Assembly (NCBI GenBank): GCA_964397415.1
Contig: CAYNIJ010000011.1
Coordinates: 19,197 to 83,196, forward strand
Direction of reading: 5' to 3'
Source: an uncultured Ignavibacteriales bacterium
GTDB lineage: Bacteria > Zixibacteria > MSB-5A5 > GN15 > FEB-12
DNA length: 64,000 bases
Below the pieces are notes generated by a model. That model was not told where the DNA came from. It searched no databases and saw only the letters and a list, made by a program, of their open reading frames with translations. Of this stretch, positions 19,239-28,653 are shown piece after piece; within the stretch, counting starts at the first letter, position 1; the number at the start of each line of letters is the position of its first letter. The position numbers and the translations under genes were made by a program.

Positions 19239-20468
19239 ATGACATTCGAAAGCTACATCGCACGCCGTTATTTCCGCTCCGGGCGGTTCTTTATCTCTGT
19301 TTCAACCTGGATGACCATTGCCGGGGTGACCTTGGGGGTTGCCGTGGTCTGCTTTGTGATGTCGATGCATAACGGTTTCGAAGCAGAGATACGCAGTCGC
19401 CTGCTCGGGACCACTTCTCACATCACCGTTTTCAGCATACGTGGCGAATTCATTCCGGACTACGATCAATTGGTGGATAGACTCGAGAAACTCCCCGGTG
19501 TGGTGGCGGCTTCGCCGTTCATTTACTACAAAGCGGCGATAAGTTCGGAGTCGGGGCAGGGGGATGGCGTGGTGGTGCGCGGCATCGAACCCGCCAAAGA
19601 ACAGCAGACAGCGAATATCGCCCGGGATATCAAAGAAGGCTCGTACATTTTTGAGCGGACGCTCATCAATGGTGACTCGCTGCCGGGGATAGTGCTGGGG
19701 AAGAACCTGGCGGATAGACTGGGTGTTTATGTCGGCCAGGAAGTCGCGCTGTATGCCTTGCGCGGAGAAGATCTCAGGCGAAGCATTTCGCCCCGCATCA
19801 TGAAGTTCTATGTAGCCGGGATATTCGAAACAGGATACTACGAATTTGATGGAGAGTTGACCTACATCTCATTGGAGTCGGCACAAAAGCTGTTCATGAT
19901 GGGTGATGTCGCGACGGCGGTTCATCTCAAATTGACTGATATATATCAGGCGGAAAATATGACGCCGGTCATCGATTCCGCGCTGGGAAATGAGTATGAT
20001 GTCGTTCCCTGGAATGTGCTGCACAAAAATCTCTTCTCCTGGATAGCCATTGAGAAACTAGTACTCGGACTCGGTTTCATTCTGATAGTGTTGGTCGCGG
20101 CTTTTTCAATCATCTCCACGCTCGTCATGCTGACCATGGAAAAGCGAGCTGAGATAGGAATACTCAAGACGCTTGGCACTACTCCTGCCGGTATTCGGAA
20201 GATCTTCGTCATGAAGGGGATATTCATCGCGGTGATCGGTGTGGGAGTTGGTTGGACAATAGCATTGATACTTGCCTTTATCCAAAACCAGTACAAGGTA
20301 ATATCATTGCCGGCAGACCTTTATTTCGTGAGTTATGTCCCGATTGAGGTGCATTGGGTTGACTTTGGCCTGGCGGGATTGGTAACGCTGGCCATTTGCT
20401 ATCTGGCCGCGCTGTATCCGGCGAGTCAGGCGGCTCGGATGTCGGTGGTAGAGGTACTCCGCAAGTAG
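19239..20468 (+). CDS. lolC: lipoprotein-releasing ABC transporter permease (LolC/E family)
   Basis: 409 aa with a MacB/FtsX-type topology. The N-terminus MTFESYIARRYFRSGR is typical of LolC/E. Confidence 0.85.
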   Translation: MTFESYIARRYFRSGRFFISVSTWMTIAGVTLGVAVVCFVMSMHNGFEAEIRSRLLGTTSHITVFSIRGEFIPDYDQLVDRLEKLPGVVAASPFIYYKAAISSESGQGDGVVVRGIEPAKEQQTANIARDIKEGSYIFERTLINGDSLPGIVLGKNLADRLGVYVGQEVALYALRGEDLRRSISPRIMKFYVAGIFETGYYEFDGELTYISLESAQKLFMMGDVATAVHLKLTDIYQAENMTPVIDSALGNEYDVVPWNVLHKNLFSWIAIEKLVLGLGFILIVLVAAFSIISTLVMLTMEKRAEIGILKTLGTTPAGIRKIFVMKGIFIAVIGVGVGWTIALILAFIQNQYKVISLPADLYFVSYVPIEVHWVDFGLAGLVTLAICYLAALYPASQAARMSVVEVLRK

Positions 20469-20558
20469 ATGTCGTTGCACTGCTAAAACTTTGAGCAAAA
20501 ATGGCGACAATGAATGTAACGGATAGTCAAATTTCGGGTAGCCGGGTTACCGGTCGAA

Positions 20559-21254
20559 ATGGAGCTGTCCGTGCAGCAGTCTAAGCATATTCTTGAGGCA
20601 ATTGGAGTTCACCGTCAGTTTCAGACGGCGGAGGGGATGCTCCAGGTGCTCAAGGGCGTGGATCTTGCGGTGAAACGCGGCGAGATGGTCGCGATCACCG
20701 GAGTCTCCGGGGTGGGGAAATCGACTTTGCTGCATATTTTAGGTGGGCTAGATCGCCCGAGTGAGGGTCAGGTGAGTCTGGATGGAATGATTTTCAGCTC
20801 GCTGACCGAGGAAGAACGAGCGAAGATACGGAATCAGAAAGTTGGCTTTGTGTTCCAGTTTCATTACCTGCTCGAGGATTTCACCGCACTGGAGAATGTC
20901 ATGATCCCCATGTTGTTAGCTGGGGTTAAGCGGACGGATGCGGCTCGGCAGGGGGAACTGTTATTGACGGAAGTTGGTTTAAGTGGTAGGAAAAGTCACC
21001 GTCCAGACCAGTTGTCGGGCGGGGAACAACAGCGAGTAGCGGTCGCACGCGCTCTGGCCAATGATCCGGGAGTTGTGCTGGCGGATGAGCCATCCGGGAA
21101 TCTCGATTCGGCGACTGGTCGCATGCTCCACGATCTGCTCTTCCGTCTTAACTCCCAGAAGTCGACCACTTTTTTGATCGCAACGCATAACCAGGAGCTG
21201 GCCGAACGATGCACACGTCAGTTGCATATGGCTGACGGCAGGTTGCACGGTTAA
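20559..21254 (+). CDS. lolD: lipoprotein-releasing ABC transporter ATP-binding protein
   Basis: Walker A GVSGVGKST, signature LSGGEQQR and Walker B VVLADEP. Adjacent to lolC. Confidence 0.85.
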   Translation: MELSVQQSKHILEAIGVHRQFQTAEGMLQVLKGVDLAVKRGEMVAITGVSGVGKSTLLHILGGLDRPSEGQVSLDGMIFSSLTEEERAKIRNQKVGFVFQFHYLLEDFTALENVMIPMLLAGVKRTDAARQGELLLTEVGLSGRKSHRPDQLSGGEQQRVAVARALANDPGVVLADEPSGNLDSATGRMLHDLLFRLNSQKSTTFLIATHNQELAERCTRQLHMADGRLHG

Positions 21255-21274
21255 CGGAAGGACACGCGACAAAC

Positions 21275-21805
21275 ATGGTATGCCAGGACTGTAAGAAGCG
21301 GGAAGCGCAGGTCAACCTGACGCAGATCATCAATAACGAAAAGATATCGCTGGCCCTCTGCCGGGAGTGTGCTTCGGCGCGCGGATTCCATTCGCCGCTG
21401 GATAATATGCCATTCCCCTTGGCTGAGATCCTGACCAACCTGGCCAAGAGTCTTGCCCCGGAAGGGGCGGGCACTCCACAGGACGCGCTGGTCTGCCCGA
21501 ACTGTAAGCTGACTTTCGACGAGTTCACTCGCCTTGGGCGGTTTGGGTGCGGCGATTGTTACCGAACGTTTCGTCCACGGCTGGAATCGATCATGCGCAA
21601 GATTCATGGTGCGTCGTTGCACCGTGGCAAATCACCGGAACTTCCCGAAGTGGCCGAGCGGGGCGACGTGCTCCTGCCGATCAAGGAAGAGGAGCGACTG
21701 GAGACCGAACTGCGCAAGGCGATCACCGCGGAGGATTTCGAGCGGGCCGCCGAACTTCGCGATAAACTGAAATCGATCAAACATGCAGTAGGATATAATT
21801 CGTGA
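21275..21805 (+). CDS. mcsA: protein arginine kinase activator McsA (UvrB/C motif protein)
   Basis: N-terminal CxxC zinc-ribbon pairs (CQDCKK..CRECA; CPNC..CGDC) and a C-terminal UVR motif (AITAEDFERAAELRDKLKSI). Confidence 0.8.
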   Translation: MVCQDCKKREAQVNLTQIINNEKISLALCRECASARGFHSPLDNMPFPLAEILTNLAKSLAPEGAGTPQDALVCPNCKLTFDEFTRLGRFGCGDCYRTFRPRLESIMRKIHGASLHRGKSPELPEVAERGDVLLPIKEEERLETELRKAITAEDFERAAELRDKLKSIKHAVGYNS

Positions 21806-22881
21806 GCGCAGCAGAGAGAGTTGTCGAGATGTTTGAGACCATGGCAAAATCGCCGGCGACCTGGTTATCCGGAAAAGGGGATGAGGCGCTGGTGGTGCTG
21901 TCGACGCGAGTCCGTCTGGCCCGGAATGTGGCCGGATGCCGCTTTCCGACCACCGCGGACACCGAGACCAAACGGCGCATAGTCGGATATTTCGATTCCG
22001 CGATAGGGCATTCCTCGATCCTCCATGAAGGAACCTATGTCAAGGCGCAGGAGATATCCGATCTGGATCGGGATTTCCTGGTTGAGCGGCACCTCATATC
22101 ACCGGCCTTCCTGAATGGTGATACTTCGAAAGCACTATTCATCAGTCCGGCCGAACAGGTCTCTATCATGATCAACGAAGAGGATCACTTGCGCATCCAG
22201 TCGTTGACTGCCGGGTTTGATCCGCAAGGAGCGTTTGAGCAGGCGACGCGATATGATCTTGAGGTCGGGAAATTCCTCGAGTTTGATTACGATGCCGACT
22301 TTGGTTACATGACCGCCTGCCCGACCAATGCCGGTACCGGCATGCGGGCTTCGGTCCTGATACATCTTCCCGGTCTCGTTTTAACCCGGGATATCGAGAA
22401 AGTGATTTCGCGCATCACCCACAGCGGGCTGATTGTGCGCGGTTTCTATGGCGAAGGCTCCGATGTGCTGGGGAACCTGTTCCAGGTCTCCAACCAGAAC
22501 ACGCTGGGAGTGTCGGAGTCGGAGATCCTTCAGCAGATCACCCGGGTGGTCCGGGAGATCATCGAGGCGGAGGCGGCGGCGCGGCAGCGTCTGATGGACG
22601 AGGCGGCCGATATGGTTGAAGATAAGATATGGCGGGCATATGGCATTCTGAAGTATGCGCGAGTGTTGACTTCCGAAGAGGTGATGAACCTACTGTCGGC
22701 GGTACGGCTTGGGCATGAGATGAAGATCATCGATTTCTTGAATGTCGCTCTGATCAACGAAGTTTTGCTATTGTCGCAGCCGGCACATTTGCAGAAGTAC
22801 TTTGGCCAGGAGATGGACCCGAATCGTCGTGACTTCGTGCGCGCCCAGTTGGTTCGTGAGAAGTTGCGGAACTCGGACTAG
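21802..22881 (+). CDS. mcsB: protein arginine kinase McsB (ATP:guanido phosphotransferase)
   Basis: GTG start in a GTGA overlap with mcsA. Phosphagen-kinase-like core ..EEDHLRIQ.. and ..TACPTNAGTGMRASV... Confidence 0.85.
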   Translation: MSAAERVVEMFETMAKSPATWLSGKGDEALVVLSTRVRLARNVAGCRFPTTADTETKRRIVGYFDSAIGHSSILHEGTYVKAQEISDLDRDFLVERHLISPAFLNGDTSKALFISPAEQVSIMINEEDHLRIQSLTAGFDPQGAFEQATRYDLEVGKFLEFDYDADFGYMTACPTNAGTGMRASVLIHLPGLVLTRDIEKVISRITHSGLIVRGFYGEGSDVLGNLFQVSNQNTLGVSESEILQQITRVVREIIEAEAAARQRLMDEAADMVEDKIWRAYGILKYARVLTSEEVMNLLSAVRLGHEMKIIDFLNVALINEVLLLSQPAHLQKYFGQEMDPNRRDFVRAQLVREKLRNSD

Positions 22882-22926
22882 CTGGTTTCTGTTCTGAAGT
22901 AGCAACCGTAATGTGACGGTTCATAT

Positions 22927-22938
22927 TGTCACGTGACA
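22927..22938. promoter_or_regulatory. perfect 12-bp palindrome TGTCACGTGACA upstream of clpC
   Basis: Directly visible. Lies immediately 5' of the clpC RBS GGAAGGAAG, 17 nt from ATG 22955. A separate hairpin, AACCGT-N6-ACGGTT, lies at 22904-22921. Confidence 0.3.
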
Positions 22939-22954
22939 GGAAGGAAGACACAGC

Positions 22955-25402
22955 ATGAATGAGATGTTTACCGAAGCGGCCCGACGGGCTATCGAATATG
23001 CCCGGGACGAGGCCGCGCGACTTCGACATGATTACATCGGTACGGAACATCTCCTGTTGGGATTGATTCGTCTCGGGGAAGGCCGGGCGGTCGACATCAT
23101 TGGCAACCTCGGACTGGATATGGACGACCTGAAGGCATCGATCGAAGAGGTCGTGCAGCCGTCAGGCGGGACGATGACCATGGGCCAGCTTCCGCTGACC
23201 GCACGTGCGAAAAAGACGCTCGAGGTCTCCGGTCAGGAAGCGCGGGCGCTTAAATCCAAGGATATCGACACCGAGCATATCCTCCTCGCTTTGTTGAAAG
23301 ATGAAGAGGGGGTGGCTGCCCAAGTGCTGTCGACCTACGAGATCGACTATAAAGAAGCCTACGAAGAACTGAAGAATATCCAGAGCGGCAAGCCGTCTTC
23401 GTTCAAGAAGAAACGGAAAAAATCAAAAACACCGGCGCTGGATCACTTCGGTCGTGACCTGACCGAATTGGCGCGTCGCGGTAAACTTGACCCGATCATC
23501 GGTCGCGAGACCGAGATCGAGCGCGTCTGCCAGGTGTTGTCACGCCGTAAGAAGAACAATCCGGTACTCATCGGTGAGCCGGGAGTCGGCAAAACCGCTA
23601 TCGCCGAGGGACTAGCCCAGAGAATCGTTGAAGGAAATGTCCCGCAAACGCTGGAGAACAAGCGGGTCGTGACGCTGGATATGGCCTCGCTCGTGGCCGG
23701 TACCAAGTACCGCGGCCAGTTCGAAGAGCGCCTCAAAGCGGTGATGACCGAGATCATCAACTCGACCGATGTCATTATCTTCATCGACGAGTTGCATACG
23801 ATCGTCGGCGCGGGTGGCGCGGAAGGCTCGCTGGATGCCTCAAACATCTTCAAGCCGTCGCTGTCGCGCGGTGAATTGCGTTGCATCGGCGCCACGACAC
23901 TGAACGAGTATCGCAAGTATATCGAAAAGGATGGCGCGCTGGAACGCCGCTTCCAAACCGTTATGGTGGAGCCGCCCTCCGAAGAAGATACGATCAAGAT
24001 ATTGAAGGGGCTCCGTCCGAAGTACGAAGAGCACCACAAGCTGCATATTTCGGATGAAGCAATCGTCGCGTCGGTGAAGCTGTCGAATCGCTATATCTCC
24101 GGCAAATATCAGCCGGATAAAGCAATCGATCTTATCGACGAGGCCGGTTCGCGCGCGCATCTGTCGACCTACACGCGCCCGGGATTCTTCTCTGAATCCG
24201 AGACGCGCATCGCCGAATTGATGCACCGCAAAGAAGAGGCCGTCAAAAATCAGGCGTTTGAGACCGCCGCGCAGTTGCGCGACGAGATCAAGGCTGAAAA
24301 AGAGAAACTCGCGGATCAGTCCAAAAGATGGGAAGAGACCCGCGAGAAAGAGCGCGTCACGTTGTCCGCGGATGATGTGGCGATGGTTCTCTCCAAGATG
24401 ACCGGTATCCCTCTCTTCCGCCTTGAAGAAAAGGAATCACAGCGTCTGCTTCGCATGGAAGAAGAGTTGAAGAAGCAGATCGTTGGTCAGGAAGAAGCGA
24501 TCACCACGCTGTCGCGGACGCTACGTCGCGCTCGCGCCGGGCTGGGTGACCCGCGCCGTCCGATCGGCACCTTCCTGTTCCTCGGACCGACCGGCGTCGG
24601 TAAGACGGAGTTGGCTCGCTCACTGGCGGACTTCCTGTTTGATGACCCGGAGGCGTTGATCCGTATCGACATGTCTGAGTATATGGAGAAATTCGCGGTG
24701 TCGCGCCTCATCGGCGCGCCGCCCGGATATGTCGGCTACGAAGAAGGCGGCCAGTTGACGGAGAAGGTCCGTCGCAAACCGTACTCAGTGGTGCTGCTCG
24801 ACGAGATCGAGAAAGCGCATCCGGAAGTCTTTAATATCCTGTTGCAGTTGTTTGATGACGGCGCGCTAACCGATTCGTTCGGTCGCCGCGTTGACTTCAA
24901 GAATACGATCGTCATTATGACCTCCAACGTCGGTACCCGCCAGCTTCGCGAACAGAAGACGGTCGGGTTCGACGGCGCCGACTTCGACGGGTCGTATGAC
25001 GGGATGCGTCACAAGATCATGGACGAGCTGAAAAAGCTGTTCAATCCGGAATTGCTGAACCGTATCGACGAAACGGTGATCTTCCACTCGCTCGACCGAG
25101 AGCATATCAAACAGATCATCGATATTCTCGTGATCGATGTGGCGAAGCGACTGGCCGAGCGCGGTATCAGCTTCAAGCTGACTCCCGAGGCGAAGGAGTT
25201 CCTGGTCGACAAGGGATTCGATCCGGCGTACGGAGCGCGGCCGCTCAAGCGGGCGTTGCAGAAGTATCTCGAGGATCCACTGGCCGAGGAGATCCTGCGC
25301 GGGCAGTATGCTGGCGACCTGGATCTGGTGATCGGCGCGGAGATGGATCGACTCTCGTTCACCTTCAATGCCGCTCAGAAGGAACAGAAGGTCGGTCAGT
25401 AA
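22955..25402 (+). CDS. clpC: ATP-dependent Clp protease ATP-binding subunit ClpC
   Basis: 815 aa. Duplicated Clp_N repeats (GTEHLLLGL / DTEHILLAL), two AAA+ modules ([18 protein letters not shown]) and a UVR-like middle domain. Confidence 0.9.
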   Translation: MNEMFTEAARRAIEYARDEAARLRHDYIGTEHLLLGLIRLGEGRAVDIIGNLGLDMDDLKASIEEVVQPSGGTMTMGQLPLTARAKKTLEVSGQEARALKSKDIDTEHILLALLKDEEGVAAQVLSTYEIDYKEAYEELKNIQSGKPSSFKKKRKKSKTPALDHFGRDLTELARRGKLDPIIGRETEIERVCQVLSRRKKNNPVLIGEPGVGKTAIAEGLAQRIVEGNVPQTLENKRVVTLDMASLVAGTKYRGQFEERLKAVMTEIINSTDVIIFIDELHTIVGAGGAEGSLDASNIFKPSLSRGELRCIGATTLNEYRKYIEKDGALERRFQTVMVEPPSEEDTIKILKGLRPKYEEHHKLHISDEAIVASVKLSNRYISGKYQPDKAIDLIDEAGSRAHLSTYTRPGFFSESETRIAELMHRKEEAVKNQAFETAAQLRDEIKAEKEKLADQSKRWEETREKERVTLSADDVAMVLSKMTGIPLFRLEEKESQRLLRMEEELKKQIVGQEEAITTLSRTLRRARAGLGDPRRPIGTFLFLGPTGVGKTELARSLADFLFDDPEALIRIDMSEYMEKFAVSRLIGAPPGYVGYEEGGQLTEKVRRKPYSVVLLDEIEKAHPEVFNILLQLFDDGALTDSFGRRVDFKNTIVIMTSNVGTRQLREQKTVGFDGADFDGSYDGMRHKIMDELKKLFNPELLNRIDETVIFHSLDREHIKQIIDILVIDVAKRLAERGISFKLTPEAKEFLVDKGFDPAYGARPLKRALQKYLEDPLAEEILRGQYAGDLDLVIGAEMDRLSFTFNAAQKEQKVGQ

Positions 25403-25429
25403 TTCGACGTGATTTGATTGAATACATCA

Positions 25430-25458
25430 ACCCGCTCGGGCATCCGAGCGGGTTTTTT
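25430..25458 (+). terminator. rho-independent terminator after clpC (possibly bidirectional)
   Basis: ACCCGCTCGG-GCAT-CCGAGCGGGT followed by T5. Located between the convergent clpC and the 25484 gene. Confidence 0.85.
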
Positions 25459-25483
25459 GTTCTAGAATACGAGCTTCAAATCC

Positions 25484-27838
25484 TCAGGGACACGCCGGCA
25501 AAGCAGGCTTCGGAGTCACCGTCAAATAAGCGATCAGGAGTGACAGGTCTGAAATATCTGGGTTGACGCCTGAACCGTTCACGTTTGCTTCCGGGCCACA
25601 AAGCAACGTTGGTTTCGGAGTTGTGGTTAAATAAGCAATCAGAAGCGATAGGTCGGATAGATCCGGTATTTCAGAGACCCCGTCGTTAACATTGCCCGTT
25701 GTTCCGCTACAACAGCCTGCTGGAACTGGTTCCGCGAGAACAAACGGCGAGAAGTGCGTGGTCATACCACACACCATATTGGCGGCAGTGTCGACGGAAG
25801 TAGTGATATCTTGCCACATGAGTGGCTCACCACTCATGTGAAACAGACGCAACTCCTGTTCGGGGCGACTAAGTTGACCTGGATCGTATGCAATGCACAC
25901 TTGGACTGTTCCAGTAAAGACAACATTCGAATTGATCTCATAATATACCGGGTTGCCGATCGGCGCGATCGCATACCCGTTGGGAGGTTGTGGGCCGGTC
26001 GAGCTTCCAGTCGATTGAGTTGATCCTTCGACAGTAACCTGACTGAATGTCAGTGTAACTCCGGCAGATGGACTGACTTCTACATTGCTGCCAGTTGAAG
26101 TTGGCTCAGCGGTGGCCTCACACGCGTCTCCCACACCATTATTATCGCCGTCATCTTGATTGGCGTTTGGTGTCAGTGGGCAGTTGTCGTGGCCATCCGG
26201 AGCGCCATCGCCATCTTGGTCGGTTAACATCGGACCCTGCCCGACACATGCCAGACGAATCCATCGGATATCATTACTCGTGAAGGGGCCCTGCTTCGGC
26301 TCATAACGGGTCTGACCGGGATAGCGATCTGTTACATAGGCAAACTGCAAATATTGTGTGCCTGCATAGTTGCCCGAAGGATCGTATGTAGCGTCTTCGG
26401 GCCAGGATTCTACACCTGGAAACGCCGCATCATCTATCGGATAAAGAGCCAAGCTACCCCAGCGATCATCGGCACAGGTTGCTGAGTCGCAGGCCGGCGT
26501 ATAGCTATTGGATAAGTTGCGCGGCCTGTCCCACGATGTTCCCTGAAGGTCTGAAGAGACAGAAACGTAGTACTCACCGTTGGCGGCACGATCGGCTGGC
26601 GCGGTCGAGACGCAGTCGTCTACGTGACCGGAAAGCTGTGCATCATTGAAGCACGAAAAAGTCGTGTACAGACGACCATCGCATTCGGCAATTGAGAGAT
26701 GACCGACATTCATCACCCGACTACCTCCCCAGCAATCTGCCCGATTGGGATCCCACTCAGCCCAATATACGGTGCTGGTAATCGTAGACCACTGTGACCA
26801 ATGGAATAGTCGACAGGACCGGCTTCCAAAGTTCACGCCGTCGGTCTTGGAGCCATTCCACACTATGTGGAACTTGCTCTGCGTGTCAAACAAACATGCG
26901 ACTTCATACCGGGCCCGATGTCCCGCGCCCGAATAGTTAGAGACATTGGTGCGAGTCCAACTGCCGGATAGGCCAGTCGGGGATTCTGCCATCCAGACAT
27001 CACAATTCAGCGAGTCGCTGCCCGGGCGGATCGGTTTGGTCCAGGCGCAGGCAACTTTGGTTGAACTTGGATCGCAAGCGATATCACCTGTGGCGCTATG
27101 GCTGGTATCAGTGAACACGAGTTGCCAGGAATTATCCGGATTAGCGGAACTCCAACTGCTCTTACGAAACACTTTCAGAGCACCTTCCGGCGATATTATC
27201 TCCCATGCGCACATGTAGAAAACAGTTTGGCCGCCAAACTCGCTGACTGCCATAGTTGGCCAGTACGTTTCACCACCACTTTGGCTGCTCTGATCTCGGA
27301 CCGTTTCAGACATAACCGAGCCATCTGGAGTATTGCCGAAGATTCCAATCATGGGGGCAAAGTCCTTTACAAGGTGCAACTGACTGACAGGGAGAGTAGC
27401 ATCAACCCAATCGTAGCCGCCAAGGTAAGCTGTCCCAGTCGGATCAATATGAATCCTTGGGAAAAACCCGGCCTCAAGAGAAGTCGGTCCGTCAAATTGC
27501 ACCACTACACTGCCGCCGGAGTAAAGCCACTGGTCGAATGCCGCAATCCAGGCGTTGTAGCCCCAGCGTGTATAGGCTGATACTGCGGCAGAGCTCTTTG
27601 ACACATAGGCAAATTGCACACCTGGCTCACCGGAAGAGGGGGGATTGGCAGCTATCGTACGGCCCATGGCGGCCAACGAGTGCAAATCACTCCAAGTATT
27701 AGCAACCAACGCGCCCCTTGAGTTGACCGCCATCGGAACGGTTGCATTAGTACTCTCAGCGCGAAGTAGTGGAGCGGTAAGAACCGTTAATACGCAGCAG
27801 ATAGCGGCTACGGAGTTTCGTGGATAAGCAATACGCAT
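25484..27838 (-). CDS. secreted BNR/sialidase-like protein with thrombospondin type-3 repeat and C-terminal duplicated dockerin-like segment
   Basis: ATG 27838 with AGGAGG upstream. Signal peptide ..VLTVLTAPLLRAES and an Asp-box-like SSDLQGTSW. TSP3-like DQDGDGAPDGHDNCPLTPNANQDDGDNNGVGDACE. C-terminus GNVNDGVSEIPDLSDLSLLIAYL / ANVNGSGVNPDISDLSLLIAYL. Confidence 0.7.
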   Translation of the reverse strand: MRIAYPRNSVAAICCVLTVLTAPLLRAESTNATVPMAVNSRGALVANTWSDLHSLAAMGRTIAANPPSSGEPGVQFAYVSKSSAAVSAYTRWGYNAWIAAFDQWLYSGGSVVVQFDGPTSLEAGFFPRIHIDPTGTAYLGGYDWVDATLPVSQLHLVKDFAPMIGIFGNTPDGSVMSETVRDQSSQSGGETYWPTMAVSEFGGQTVFYMCAWEIISPEGALKVFRKSSWSSANPDNSWQLVFTDTSHSATGDIACDPSSTKVACAWTKPIRPGSDSLNCDVWMAESPTGLSGSWTRTNVSNYSGAGHRARYEVACLFDTQSKFHIVWNGSKTDGVNFGSRSCRLFHWSQWSTITSTVYWAEWDPNRADCWGGSRVMNVGHLSIAECDGRLYTTFSCFNDAQLSGHVDDCVSTAPADRAANGEYYVSVSSDLQGTSWDRPRNLSNSYTPACDSATCADDRWGSLALYPIDDAAFPGVESWPEDATYDPSGNYAGTQYLQFAYVTDRYPGQTRYEPKQGPFTSNDIRWIRLACVGQGPMLTDQDGDGAPDGHDNCPLTPNANQDDGDNNGVGDACEATAEPTSTGSNVEVSPSAGVTLTFSQVTVEGSTQSTGSSTGPQPPNGYAIAPIGNPVYYEINSNVVFTGTVQVCIAYDPGQLSRPEQELRLFHMSGEPLMWQDITTSVDTAANMVCGMTTHFSPFVLAEPVPAGCCSGTTGNVNDGVSEIPDLSDLSLLIAYLTTTPKPTLLCGPEANVNGSGVNPDISDLSLLIAYLTVTPKPALPACP
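25487..25720 (-). other. duplicated dockerin-like C-terminal module of the 25484-27838 protein
   Basis: Two ~35 aa segments share NVN-x-G...D(L/I)SDLSLLIAYLT-x-TPKP-x-L and are flanked by Cys (CCSG.., ..LLCG.., ..PACP). Confidence 0.5.
26117..26221 (-). other. thrombospondin type-3-like Ca-binding repeat region
   Basis: Translates to DQDGDGAPDGHDNCPLTPNANQDDGDNNGVGDACE. Confidence 0.6.
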
Positions 27839-28132
27839 AAAACCTCCTGGTAGACGTAGCAAATGGAGGCTCCGGACTTGGCTACAGCCGCGATTGATGA
27901 GCACTATTAGCGCATAATGGGCTTAATAAGTCCAATATAGCAAGCGTGTGGTGACGTTGCAACTCCTAAGTCAGATTCAGTATCTGCGGGCCGCAACTGC
28001 CGTCTCGGATGGACGACCGTTTAACTGGAAGTTGTCAATTTGCAGAGTTTCTTGACTGGGCTCCTCACGGGATTGGATGACAAATTACTCATCCACGACA
28101 ACGCGTTGAAATACAACACCTTAGAATATTTC

Positions 28133-28160
28133 TTGCCTATTCGCTTGGAACTAGTATATT
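28133..28160 (+). promoter_or_regulatory. candidate sigma70-type promoter for rpmA
   Basis: TTGCCT-N16-TATATT, about 87 nt upstream of ATG 28247. Confidence 0.3.
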
Positions 28161-28246
28161 GCGTCCCCTGTTCCGGCATGGGTAGGGGAGGTATGGCCGG
28201 GGAGGTCGTGATTTGAGAAGAAGAACGTAGTTATAGAGGTATTGAG

Positions 28247-28498
28247 ATGGCTCACAAAAAAGGTGTAGGTTCCTCCAAGAATGGTCGCGATTCAGGCGGT
28301 CAGCGTCGTGGAACCAAAGTCTATTCCGGCCAGGCCGTGACTGCCGGTGCTATCATCGTTCGCCAGTGTGGCACCCCGATACGTGCAGGACATAATGTCG
28401 GCACAGGTCGCGATTACACGCTGTTTGCCAAAGTGACCGGCGTCGTCAAGTATGAGCGCGTCGGCAAAACCGGCAAGCGCGTTTCGGTGTACGAGTAG
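28247..28498 (+). CDS. rpmA: 50S ribosomal protein L27
   Basis: The [16 protein letters not shown].. N-terminus is diagnostic. 83 aa. Confidence 0.95.
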   Translation: MAHKKGVGSSKNGRDSGGQRRGTKVYSGQAVTAGAIIVRQCGTPIRAGHNVGTGRDYTLFAKVTGVVKYERVGKTGKRVSVYE

Positions 28499-28521
28499 AT
28501 CGACAAACGATACTAAGCATG

Positions 28522-28548
28522 AACCCACTGGCAACGGTGGGTTTTTTG
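28522..28548 (+). terminator. rho-independent terminator after rpmA
   Basis: AACCCACTG-GCAA-CGGTGGGTT followed by T-run. Confidence 0.85.
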
Positions 28549-28653
28549 TTGGCTGTTGTCTCGGGCATCGGCATTGACCCGTCAAGGAGTCTTGACTTCG
28601 CTTTGACAATCGGATAATTTGGACTAACTGACCGACGAACCTGAGGTGGGAAT

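Noticed and set aside
21251-21622. 123-126-aa minus-strand ORFs antisense to mcsA (21148-21528, 21251-21622).
   Set aside because: The plus-strand McsA frame shows paired CxxC zinc ribbons and a UVR motif and is coupled to mcsB. The antisense frames are featureless.
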